64,000 nt of DNA from Camelus ferus (Eukaryota): NCBI RefSeq assembly GCF_009834535.1, contig NC_045708.1, positions 4,030,001-4,094,000 on the forward strand, in the 5' to 3' direction. Shown here in pieces: positions 36,901 to 47,375 of this stretch. The notes beneath the pieces are model-generated. The model was not told where the DNA came from, searched no databases, and saw nothing but the letters and a program-made list of their open reading frames with translations. The first letter of the stretch is position 1, and every line of letters starts with the position of its first letter. A program made the position numbers and the translations under genes.

Positions 36901-38886
36901 ATAGAAGAAAGGACCTCTCTCAGGCCACACATGTGCAGAACCAGGGCCCTGGTCACTTTGCTGCCAGTCAGGGACAGGCTGGAGGACACCTTCCATCAGA
37001 CTGAAGTCACATCGAGCAGAAACAACCAATTGATGGCCTCAGTCCTAGCTGTGTCCTTTATTAGCGAGCTCTCAACGCAATGCCTACAGAGGCAATTTTT
37101 TCCTATTTCAACCTCTTAATCCAAACAGATGTAGCTATTGTTCCCTTTGTGCCCTCTCCTGCTATCTGTATGAAGTCCCTTCTGGCGTCCATGCCAAAGA
37201 CAAGCAGCATCTTGAAGAGCTTGGCCTAAAGGCAGATAGTAGCATGTCTGCAACAGAAAAAAAAGTGATGCAGGGTGGGAGGGTATAGCTCAGTGGTAGA
37301 GCATATGCCTGGTATGCACGAGGTCCTGGGTTCGATCCCCAGTCCCTCCTTTTAAAAAATTAATAAATAAATCTAATTACCTCTCTGCAAAAACATTTTA
37401 AAGAGAAGAGGAAAAAAAGTGATGCAGGGTCAAGATCAGAGGCCAAACTGAGGTGGCTAAGGCTTCAGCCCAGAGCTGGACGCCAGGGGCCACATGCTTC
37501 CCTTTTACTGTCTCTTTGGGCATAGAGTCAACTCAGAGAAACCACAGCGTGGCAGCTCAGGAAGGGGGATGTGGTTAGTGGCAGCACCAGGGAGAGATGA
37601 AAATGCCCTTCCCTTTGGGTTGGCTACTCCCATAGGATCATTGCCTCACTGGTTTGTGGGCAGAGCTACAGGGTAAGGCCCTCTCCAGGACCTCTTGGTT
37701 TGCAAACCCTTCTGGGACCATGAGTCAAGCAGAACCTACACAAGTGTCTCTGTAAACTGTAATTAACACAGGCATTTTGAGGAAGCCCGTGGCCTCGGGG
37801 CCCCCATTCAGGGCTGCCCCCTTCTTGCCGTGCCTGGCAGAGCCCAGCTCCTGTGGTACAGCCCTCACAGCACCTGGCAGGCTTGCACAGCCTCCCTCCC
37901 CCATTCCTGCTGTGCTCACCTGCCTCTCAGGAACCTCTCTGCCTTTCCTTCCAGACTTCTACCGCTGCCAGCCTTGCAGGAAAGAAGAGTGGGCACCTGA
38001 GGGAAGCCAGACCTGCTTCCCACGCACTGTGGTGTTTTTGACTTGGCATGAGCCCATCTCTTTGGTCCTGTTGGCAGCTAATACGCTGCTGCTCGTGGTG
38101 GTGGCTGGGACTGCTGGCCTGTTTGCCTGGCACCTAGACACCCCCGTGGTGAAGTCAGCTGGGGGCAGACTGTGCTTCCTCATGCTGGGCTCCCTGGCAG
38201 GGGGCAGCTTGGGCCTCTATGGCTTCTTTGGGGAACCCACGTGGCCCACATGCTTGCTGCGCCAAGGCCTCTTTGCCCTCGGTTTTGCCATCTTCTTGTC
38301 CTGCCTGACAATCCGCTCCTTCCAACTTGTCTTCATCTTCAAGTTTTCTGCCAAGGTACCCACCTTCTTCCGTGCGTGGGTCCAAAACCATGGTGCTGGC
38401 CTGTTTGTGGTGATCAGCTCGACAGTCCAGCTGCTTATCTGTCTAATGTGGTTTGCAGTGTGGACCCCACTGCCCACCAGGGAATACCAGCGCTTCCCTC
38501 AGCTGGTGGTGCTAGATTGCACAGAGGCTAACTCACTGGGCTTCATGCTGGCTTTTGCCTACAATGGCCTCCTCTCTGTCAGCGCCTTTGCCTGCAGCTA
38601 CCTGGGCAAGGACCTGCCAGAGAACTACAACGAGGCAAAATGTGTCACCTTCAGCCTGCTCCTCAACTTTGTGTCCTGGATTGCCTTCTTCACAGTGGCC
38701 AGTGTCTACCAGGGCCAGTATCTACCTGCAGTCAACGTGCTGGCCGCGCTGAGCTGCCTGAGTGGCGACTTCAGCGGTTACTTCCTCCCCAAGTGCTATG
38801 TGATCCTGTGCCGCCCAGAACTCAACAGCACGGAGCACTTCCAGGCCTCCATCCAGGACTACACCAGGCGCTGTGGCTCCACCTGA
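30970..38886 (+). CDS. TAS1R1: Taste receptor type 1 member 1 (umami subunit, class C GPCR), 6 exons, 839 aa, intact
   Basis: join: 30970-31160, 32787-33093, 34988-35743, 36202-36414, 36725-36845, 37955-38886 (2520 nt), with GT-AG introns and no frameshift or stop. Signal peptide, Venus flytrap domain, nine-Cys domain and 7TM ending [10 protein letters not shown]. Exon 3 is 6 nt shorter than the recalled human exon, in frame. Confidence 0.97.
31206..31326 (+). repeat. Arm A of the ~120-bp inverted repeat (TAS1R1 intron 1)
   Basis: Reverse complement of 33714-33832; hand alignment gives 102/121 identical. Confidence 0.9.
32096..32494 (+). mobile_element. MLT2-type (ERVL) solo LTR in TAS1R1 intron 1
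   Basis: TG.CATGGTTAATTT start, internal GGTGGGCCACATCCCATCAGTTGAAG, (CT)n/(TA) tract and TTTCTCTGGAGAACCCTAATAC end, as recalled for MLT2 consensus sequences. Confidence 0.75.
33714..33832 (-). repeat. Arm B of the ~120-bp inverted repeat (TAS1R1 intron 2)
   Basis: Reverse complement of 31206-31326. Confidence 0.9.
34836..34893. repeat. 29-bp tandem duplication
   Basis: TGTCGAGTAGTGAGAACC(T/C)GGGCC(G/A)GGAC x2, with 2 differences. Confidence 0.9.
37277..37411 (+). mobile_element. tRNA-Ala-derived SINE in TAS1R1 intron 5 (sense)
   Basis: Head and tail, with a perfect 19-bp TSD AAAAAAAGTGATGCAGGGT at 37258-37276 and 37412-37430. Confidence 0.92.
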
Positions 38887-39057
38887 CCCCTGGGTCAGGC
38901 AGGACCAAGCCAGGGCGGAGCGGACTGGAAGTGTCCACTGCCCTGAGGGTCGAAGGTGGAGTGGGGCGCTCAGGACCTGGGGTGTCGGGGAGGCCTTTGG
39001 GCTCCTTAGCCTTGGCTGGGGAAGTGTAAGTCCAAGGGAGAGCTCAGTCCGGGCTCC

Positions 39058-39063
39058 AATAAA
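39058..39063 (+). terminator. TAS1R1 polyadenylation signal
   Basis: AATAAA ~170 nt after the stop codon, just before the ZBTB48 CpG island. Confidence 0.8.
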
Positions 39064-39099
39064 CAGGTGAAACGTGCTGCTTTGCTGGGCTTCCTCTCT

Positions 39100-39700
39100 A
39101 GGGTGAGGGTGGGGCGCTGCCGCTTCAAGCCTGAGGGCGCCGCTAGGGGAGAAATGCAACCGGAACCTTAGGACTCTGCCAGAGCTGGGCGAACAGCCAA
39201 TGTCCTGCTTGGCGTTGCTAGGCAACTCCGGGAGGCGGGCCCAGCTACGGTGGAAAGGGGCTGGTCCCGCCTCCCCAAGCATCTCATTGGGTATTCTCTA
39301 CTTGGTACCGCCTCCAGGAGCCGGAGGTAAAGGCCTGCTCTTCCGAGGCGTCTCAACCCGGCCGGCGCGTCCTGACGTCACGTCCGGCGGCGGCGGCGGC
39401 GTCTCCGCACGGTCTGCCGGGCGCGTACGGCCGGGGCAGGTGGTCAGTGGGGCTGGGCGGGCGGCGTGGTTTCGGGCCCGTGGGGCTGGTGTGGGGAGGA
39501 CGGGCCCGGATGAGGAGATCGCGGGGCACAGGGAGAGGGAGAGGGGCTATGGGCCGCGGTGGTCGCTGATGGAGTGTGACCGCGGCCGCCTTCCGCCCGG
39601 CTGCAGGGACGTGTGGGTGCGGCGTGGGCTCGGTTCACCTGTCTGCAGCCACCTCCCTCCCTTGCTCTGGTCTCGCTGTGCCAGGCTGATAAGTTCGGGC
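39100..39700 (+). promoter_or_regulatory. ZBTB48 CpG-island promoter and non-coding exon 1
   Basis: CpG-rich. CCAAT 39197-39201, RFX-type GTTGCTAGGCAAC 39214-39226, ATTGG 39286-39290, full CRE TGACGTCA 39373-39380, GGC repeat, and candidate donors near 39440. Confidence 0.75.
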
Positions 39701-40034
39701 TGATCCCCCGCCTCTTTTCCCAAACTTTTGATTTCCTCCCACCAGCACCCCTTCACGACCCTGTCCCCACCTAGTCCGCCTGCGCCCCTCCCACCCACGG
39801 TCTCTGGCCACCCCAAGTATGGGCTGCTTACTTGACCCCCCCGCTCCCAGAGAGGCTTTCAGTTCGTTCCTGTCTCACCTTGCATTCCCTAACCTTGATC
39901 CAAGCCCTCGTTGTAATAAATGTGACTGATTAGAGTTCTCCTCCCCTTTCCCTCTTCTCAAGTCCAGGGGCTTGCCACCTCTGAGTTGGACTGGCCAGGG
40001 TGTCACTGCTGCCTTTCTCCCCTTCAGACGGACC

Positions 40035-43000
40035 ATGGACGGCTCCTTCGTCCAGCACAGTGTGAGGGTTCTGCAGGAGCTCAACAAGCAGCGGGAGAGG
40101 GGCCAATACTGCGATGCCACCCTGGATGTGGGGGGCCTGGTGTTCAAGGCGCACTGGAGTGTTTTGGCCTGCTGCAGCCACTTCTTCCAGAGTCTCTACG
40201 GGGATGGCTCAGGGGGCAGTGTCGTCCTCCCTGCTGGCTTTGCAGAGATCTTTGGCCTCCTGTTGGACTTTTTCTACACTGGTCACCTTGCCCTCACCTC
40301 AGGGAACCGGGATCAGGTGCTTCTGGCAGCCAGGGAGCTGCGGGTGCCTGAGGCTGTAGAGCTGTGCCAGAGCTTCAAGCCCAAAACCTCAGTGGGACAG
40401 GCGCCAAGTGTCCGGAGTGGGCTGGGGAAACCTGCCCCCCAGGATGTGAACAGCCACCTCAAGGAGCCCTCAGGCTTGGAGGAAGAGGAAGTTTCAAGGA
40501 CTCTGGGTCAAGTCCCCAAGGATCAGGAGCTCAGCAGCAGTCTTAGCCCCCAGAGGCCTCAGCTTGGTCTCCCTGCTCAGTGTGAGAGCCCCTCCTTCCT
40601 CCATGGGAAACTCAGGCAGGCCCTGAAGCTTTGTCCCCCTGAGGACAAGGAGTCTGAGGATTGCAAAGTGCCCTCCAGGCCCTTTGAGGCTGAAGGTGTC
40701 CAGCTGCAGGGCGGGAGTAATGAGGTATTGTGCTCAGGGTGCTGGAAAGGGGGAGGCAGGAGTGGAGAGAAGAGACTGACACTTTCCTGGGATAATCTGG
40801 ACCCTAAGGTAGAATCTCTTCTGTGGGTTTGGGACAGGTTTTCTCCAAATATAGCTGGTTTTGTCCTGCAGCCTCAGGCTGACCTTTCTGTGAGGCATGG
40901 CTTCTTGGGGTGGAGTGGGCAGCATCAAGAGTTTCCCCAGGGTAGTGAAGTCCAGACAAACTTCCAGTTACCCACAAGTAAAGCTATTGCCCTCCAAGTC
41001 CAAGATGCGGATGCTGCCTGCCCTGGAACCATCCAGGGAATAGTCATGGATGAAGGGACTTATCTAGGGATGTGCCTGGGTCGGGGCTTGGGATGGGCCT
41101 GGATGGAGCTGGCTGCCCTGTCGATCTGTCCCCAGAACCCCTGCTGATTAATTTGGTGACCTCACTCCCTCCTGCTGCCTATTCTGCTCTAGTGGGAAGT
41201 GGTGGTTCAAGTTGAGGATGACGGGGATGCCGATTACGTTTCTGAGACTGAGACTGTGCCAGCCAGGAGGAAAGCGAACGTACTCAGAAAGCCCTGTGCT
41301 GCCGAGCCGGCCCTGAGCGCAGGTTCCCTNNNNNNNNNNNNNNNNNNNNNNNNNNNNNNNNNNNNNNNNNNNNNNNNNNNNNNNNNNNNNNNNNNNNNNN
41401 NNNNNNNNNNNNNNNNNNNNNNNNNNNNNNNNNNNNNNNNNNNNNNNNNNNNNNNNNNNNNNNNNNNNNNNNNNNNNNNNTGTTGGGGGAGGGGGCCTGC
41501 ATTCCCCACTTCTGGGCCATGTAGGGGTCAGGGGCTCCATCTCAGACCCACGTAGTGCCTGACGTTAGCAGGCCTCTTCTCGTCAGGAAGTGAGAACCTG
41601 ACCTTGGTCGGCTTCCTTCTTCCTCCCCCTCCTCCTTGGAGTGGCTTTGTGGACCTTATCAACAGGTTCCACCCACTGCGGACCTTGACCTCGAACTGGC
41701 TTCTGCCCAGGGGATGAGAGAAGCCTGTGGCTCTGTGCTGTGGCTGAGGCCTGACCGTAGGTATTTCTAAAGCCTGGCAGTGTGGGCTTTGGGCGAAGTC
41801 GTCAATCTTTAGGGTTGGTGCCACCTGCATTTCTGGGGAGAGGTTAGCTCTGAGATGTCAGCTCAGTGTCATTAAAGACCATTTGTCTAAAGCTGCAGTG
41901 TCCAATAAGGTAATTAGATGTCACACGAAGATATTTTAACTTGGAAGTTATTAAAATTAAAGAAGTTCAGTTCCTCAGACACGTTAGGTGTATTTCAAGG
42001 GCTTGGTGGCCACATGTGGCCCCTGACTGCCAAATGCAACAGCAGAGGCAGATGGTTTCCATCATGCCAGAGGGTCCTCTTGGACGGCGCTGCTCCAGAG
42101 TCCCTGCAAGGCCTCCAGGAATGGCATCTAGGTGACTTGACTCCCTGTCCTGCCCCTCCCTGGCCCAAGACATCACTGGTGCACCGCTGTGCTGTTTCTT
42201 GCCAAGCCAGATTGCGCCATACCCGTTTTCTCAGTATGAAGCTCTGGGAAGCCACCGGCAACCGAATAGGGTTGGAATTGGGAGTGAAGCCCGTTTGTTC
42301 TCCCTGCTTGGGGGCAGCTGCTGCCAGTGGCGTCTTCAGGGAAGTCACCATCCGGTGGTCCATGTCTGCCTGGACACACCCCCAGTGTAAGACACGGGTG
42401 CAGGCAGAGTCCTCACCCTACCTTGGGCTGCAGGCTGCTGGACTGACCCTGAGAAGTGGGAGGGAGTGATGGCCTCCTGCGGTCACTGGGACGGGGGACA
42501 AGGACAATCAGTGTAGCAGCAGAGGATAAGAGGAGTGTGTGGCCTCTGGCAGGCGGTGAGAGCTCTCCCAGGGCCGCTCACGTGCTCTGAGGTCAGGGTT
42601 CATTTTGTTCATTCAGTGAGCTGTCTGCCAGGAGCTGGGCACTGGGGATACCTTAGTGAACAGAACAAAGAGGCCTTGTGGAGCTTGCCTTCCAGCAGGG
42701 CGATGAGACTCTGAACTACCAGATAAGTGACTTCGCAGTGTGATGAAGGACTGGAAGTGCCACAGAACAAAGGAGAAGGACAGCAGGGCCAGGGCAGGGG
42801 AGTTCAGGGTGGGGTCAGGTTGTGATTCTAAAGAAAGTCCCGCAGACTCAAAGGAAGTGAGGATGGCTGGGGAGAGCGCTCTGGGCCTGAGAGGAGCCAG
42901 AGCAGAGCCTCTGGGTTGGCAGGGAGGCCAGGCCGGGGACCGAGTCTGGCAAGGTACGGGGCAGGCCAGCAATACCCTCATAGGCCCCCAGGCCTTTCTC

Positions 43001-46000
43001 AGGGTGAGATGGAAAGCTTTAGAGGGTTGTGAGCAGAGGTGATGAGATCCGACCATACTTAAGGGCCCCTCTGGCTCCTGAAGTTAAAACATGTGTGTTG
43101 GTTGGGAAGGGTATAGCTCAGTGGTAGAGCGTGTTCTTAGCATGCGCAAGGTCCTGGGTTCAATTCCCAGTACCTCCATTCAAAAAAAAAATCTACAAAA
43201 TAGAAACAGACTCGCAGACATAGTAAATAATTTTATGGTGACGAGGGGAAAGAGAGTGGGAAGGGATAAATTTGGGAGTTTGAGATTTACAAATGTTAGC
43301 CATTATATATAAAAATAGACTTTAAAAAGTTTCTTCTGTATAGCACAGGGAACTACATTCAGTATCTGGTAATAACCTTTAATGAAAAAGAATACGAAAA
43401 CGAATATATGTATGTATATGTATGACTGGGACATTGTGCTGTACGCCAGAAATTGATGCATTGTAACTGACTGTACTTCAATTAAAAAAAAAATCAAAAA
43501 ACAAAAAACAACAACCTGTTGGGAGGCAGGTGTGGAGCACGAGACAGGCTAGGAGGCCCAGGCAGGAGCCTGAGGATGGCGTGGCTGCACTGGGTGGTAA
43601 TATGGAGGCGAGGTGAAGTGGTCAGATTCTGGCCATGGTTTTGAAGGTAGAGCCCACAGAAGTTCCAGGGAGACTGAGTGGTTTCTTCAGGGAGTCAGGG
43701 CCTGAGGATTATTTCTGCCTTTGGGGAGATGCTGGCAGCTGGGCCTCCTCATTGGCCTGTGTGGTGGCTCCAGGGTGTCCCCTCCGGCATGACGCTGTGT
43801 GGCCCTTTCCCCTGCAGAGTCTGCACAAGAGAGAAGGGTTTCGGGGCTCACCCCTGCAGGTTCACCAGTGGAGTCTGACTGATCCTCAGGTGGCGACGTC
43901 AGGTCCTTCCTCTGCCGTGGAGCACAGCCCTGGCAGCGGGGCATCAGAAGGGGCACTGGCTGAGGGAGGGCAGGGAGTTCTGCTCAGCCCCCACACCCCC
44001 TGTGGATTCTCCCAGCAGGAAACACACTGGGGAGAAACCCTTCGAGTGTCCCAAATGTGGAAAATGTTACTTTCGGAAGGAGAACCTCCTAGAGCATGAA
44101 GCCCGGAACTGCATGAACCGCTCGGAACAGGTACCTGGGGGCCAGCCCGGGTCCTTGTGGGCAGGAGTGTGCTGGTCTCTGTTGCTCTGCCATCGGGGAG
44201 GGGCCCCCAGGAGACTGTCCTAGACAGGACTGTAAACTCCAGAGCTGCAGGGTCCTTGGATGTCCGTGAGTCCACCCCCTTGGTACTACAGTTGGGGACA
44301 CGGGTCCCAGAGGCAGATGGGACAAGCCCAGGAGGGACTTGGCAGGAGGCATTTTGGGTTTGCCTGACTAGGCCCCTGGGCTTTGGAGACGGGGTACTTC
44401 GGTGGGGGTTGGCTACTGAGAAAGGCCTCCTGGCCATCTCCCCCAACCCCCCTGGCTGGCTAAACCCTGCCTGTCTCTTCCTAGAGGCCTGTCGCTGGCA
44501 GAGTGGGGGCTGTGAGGGAGGCCGTTCGGCCCCTAGCCCCAGCCTAGCCCCAGCCTGGCGTGGTGGGCCTACAGCGCTCAGTGACGGTCAGGGTCAGGGC
44601 AAGCAGGTTACATGTTGCCCTCTCCCACCCTAGCGCCCCTCTCCCTGGGCAGACTCCTCCCAGCAGCGAGTGGAAACCCGGGCAGAGTCTGCCGTCGCGG
44701 GCAGAGCCCCCGCTGATGCCGGCCCTGCTTGCCCCCACACTGCCAGGTCTTCACCTGCTCCGTGTGCCAGGAGACCTTCCGCCGGAGGATGGAGCTGCGG
44801 GTGCACATGGTGTCCCACACAGGGGAGATGCCCTACAAGGTTAGGCTTGGCCTGACCCCAGGGACGGAGGGGCAGCCCGGGACCCCTCCCACCCAGCCCT
44901 TTTTGCGGGAGAGTCAGGTGCCTCCCTCGGCCAGCCATCAAGGAGCTCAGCCTTCCCTCCCCATCCAGTGCTCCCGTATCTTCGGGTAGGGCTGCTGGTC
45001 CTTTCTGGGCCCTTGTTTCTTTCCGTGGAGGGCAGGCCCAGCATCCCTGTGGGCCTGGCACTGGAGGCTTTCACACCAAGTCAAGGAGCCTCCCGGCATC
45101 TCACACTGGGCCTTGCCTTTAAGTTCCCACCCCATAGCCCAGGGGTGACCAGGGTTCCATGGTTGTAGGCTGCCTCAGAGGTGACTGTGGGCCTATTTTT
45201 CAGTGTTCCTCCTGCTCCCAGCAGTTCATGCAGAAGAAGGACCTGCAGAGCCACATGATCAAGCTTCATGGAGCCCCCAAGCCCCACGCCGTAAGTGCCA
45301 GGCCGTGTGGAGGGCGGGGCCGGGCTCCCACTGGTGCTGGGACTGGCGCGAGTGAGGTGCCTGGAGTGGCGTCTAGAGCAGGTGGGCTGCATGGTGTCTG
45401 CCATGGGGGAAAGGTCAAGGGGATTCCGTGGGGCTCCGGGGGCAGTCCTACCTGTCCTTACTCTGTGGGCCCACTCCCTCTGGCCATCCCCTCTGTCCCT
45501 CAGTGTCCCACCTGTGCCAAGTGCTTCTTGTCCCGAACGGAACTGCAGCTGCACGAGGCTTTCAAGCACCGTGGGGAGAAGCTGTTCGTGTGTGAGGAGT
45601 GTGGGCACCGGGCGTCAAGTCGGAACGGCCTGCAGATGCACATCAAGGCCAAGCACAGGTGGGGGTTGGCCCGTTTCCCCAGGCCCTGGCCCTGCTGCTG
45701 GCCCCAGGCCAGCCAGTGGGCTGGGGAGGCCAAGTTGCTGAGGTGCACGTCCCCCACCCTGAGTCTGGTGCCTGCAGCCTTTTTGGGTGGGGGTGCCTGA
45801 GGGGTGAGCAGGCTTGCCCAGCAGGGAGGCCGGCAGGGCAGGGGTCTAGGGAAGTGTGGATTTCAGACTAAGATGAGGCTTGGTACCTCCCTGGACAGAT
45901 TCTCAGTTTCTCATGTTCCCAAGGCGGAGCTAGTGCCCCTTTCCCAGCACTGCCTGAGCCTTCTTTCCACCAGGCAGCTCGTTCTGCCTGGGCCCCTTCC

Positions 46001-47333
46001 AGTGGCTCAGGTGGGCATGCTTCAGCCTGGCCTGTGTCCTTGGCTCTGGGGCCAGGCATGTTCCCAGCTGCACTGGCGTGAAGGGAGCTGCTTCCCTCGG
46101 TGATGGCCTCTGCCTGTGTCCCCCGCCTGGATAGGAACGAGAGGCCGTACGTCTGTGAGTTCTGCAGCCACGCCTTCACCCAGAAGGCCAACCTCAACAT
46201 GCACCTGCGCACGCACACGGGCGAGAAGCCCTTCCAGTGCCACCTCTGTGGCAAGACCTTCCGCACCCAAGGTGAGGCAGGCCCTTCCCCACCCTGCCCT
46301 GGGGTAGAGGCCCCGCAGCTGAGCGCTCGCCCTGTCCCCACAGCCAGTCTGGACAAGCACAACCGCACCCACACCGGCGAGAGGCCCTTCAGCTGTGAGT
46401 TCTGTGAGCAGCGCTTCACGGAGAAGGGGCCCCTGCTGAGGCACGTGGCCAGCCGCCACCAGGAGGGCCGGCCCCACTTCTGCCAGATCTGTGGGAAGAC
46501 CTTCAAAGGTGCCTGGGCCTGCCCTAGGGGAGCAGAGGGCTGGGTGATTTCCCGCTGGGTGACCGGAGATGGTGGCACTTCACCCGGAGAGGTCGGATGC
46601 TGCAGTGGCTTTCATCTCTCCTGCGGAGCAGAGCCTTCTCACCATCAAATCTCCACTCCCCAGAATGTTCTCCATTCCCCAGAATTAGTTAATGAGCCTG
46701 GCACTGCTTTGACTGAGGGGAAAGGGTGGAGGCTCCTGAGGGCCTGGTGTAGCACTGACCTCCGGGTGGCGCTGTAGAGCCCAGTAGGGCCCAGGAAGCA
46801 GTTGCAAACCTGGGACTGCCCACTTCTGCCTCTCCTAATGTGGGGTCCCTTCCCTTCTGCAGCAGTGGAGCAGCTGCGTGTGCACGTGAGAAGGCACAAG
46901 GGGGTTCGCAAGTTCGAGTGCACCGAATGTGGCTACAAGTTCACCCGGCAGGTAGGCCTGGGGCCTGGCTCGCCTCCTGCCCCACCGCGGGTCCCTGAGC
47001 CCCTTGGCACCCAGCTCTGAGCCCCCTGCTCCACAGGCTCACCTGCGGAGGCACATGGAGATCCATGACCGGGTGGAGAACTACAACCCACGGCAGCGCA
47101 AGCTCCGCAACCTGGTCATCGAGGACGAGAAGGTGGTGGTGGTGGCGCTGCAGCCACCAGCTGAGCTGGAGGTGGGCTCAGCCGAGGTCATCGTGGAGTC
47201 CCTGGCCCAGGGTGGCCTGGCTTCCCAGCTGCCTGGCCGGAGGCTGTGTGCAGATCACAGCTTCGCAGGCCCGAGCGCCATGGAGCCCTCGCTCATCATC
47301 ACGGCCACCGTCCCCGAGGACTGTGACACGTAG
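40035..47333 (+). CDS. ZBTB48: ZBTB48 / TZAP telomeric zinc-finger protein (BTB domain + 11 C2H2 fingers), 10 coding exons
   Basis: join: 40035-40724, 41193-(~41434, end inside N gap), 44019-44130, 44747-44839, 45204-45290, 45504-45658, 46135-46271, 46344-46508, 46863-46951, 47037-47333. Starts [20 protein letters not shown] (BTB); last finger [24 protein letters not shown]; ends VPEDCDT*. Confidence 0.95.
41330..41480. other. Assembly gap (151 N) covering the end of ZBTB48 exon 3
   Basis: Run of N. Confidence 1.
41890..42050. mobile_element. MER3/MER33-like hAT-Charlie MITE
   Basis: GCTGCAGTGTCCAATA...TCAGTTCCTCAG...TATTTCAAG...GCCACATGTGGC motifs. Confidence 0.55.
42590..43690 (-). mobile_element. 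L2 remnant interrupted by the SINE/L1 insertion
   Basis: CATTCAGTGAGC...GGCACTGGGGATAC and AAGTGGTCAGATTCTGG...TTTTGAAGGTAGAGCC motifs on both sides of the insertion. Confidence 0.6.
43103..43515 (+). mobile_element. tRNA-Ala/SINE head (43103-43180) directly joined to a young L1 3' end (43191-43515), inserted into an old L2
   Basis: The tRNA-like head ends CCTCCA plus an A-tract, then TACAAAATAGAAACAGACTCGCAGACATAG...CTGTATAGCACAGGGAAC...ATTAAAA poly(A). Confidence 0.85.
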
Positions 47334-47369
47334 CCCCCCTGCCCACCAGTCTGCTTGGCCCCAGCCCCC

Positions 47370-47375
47370 AATAAA
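47370..47375 (+). terminator. ZBTB48 polyadenylation signal
   Basis: AATAAA 36 nt after the TAG, followed by GT/T-rich sequence. Confidence 0.8.

Noticed and set aside
30970-38886. TAS1R1 pseudogenisation, as seen in several other mammalian lineages
   Set aside because: All six exons are open with canonical splice sites and complete CRD cysteines.
40725-41192. ZBTB48 intron 2 open for 140 codons (ORF 39972..41147)
   Set aside because: It ends in stops before exon 3, so retention would be an NMD target; the peptide has no features and multiple testing makes chance plausible.
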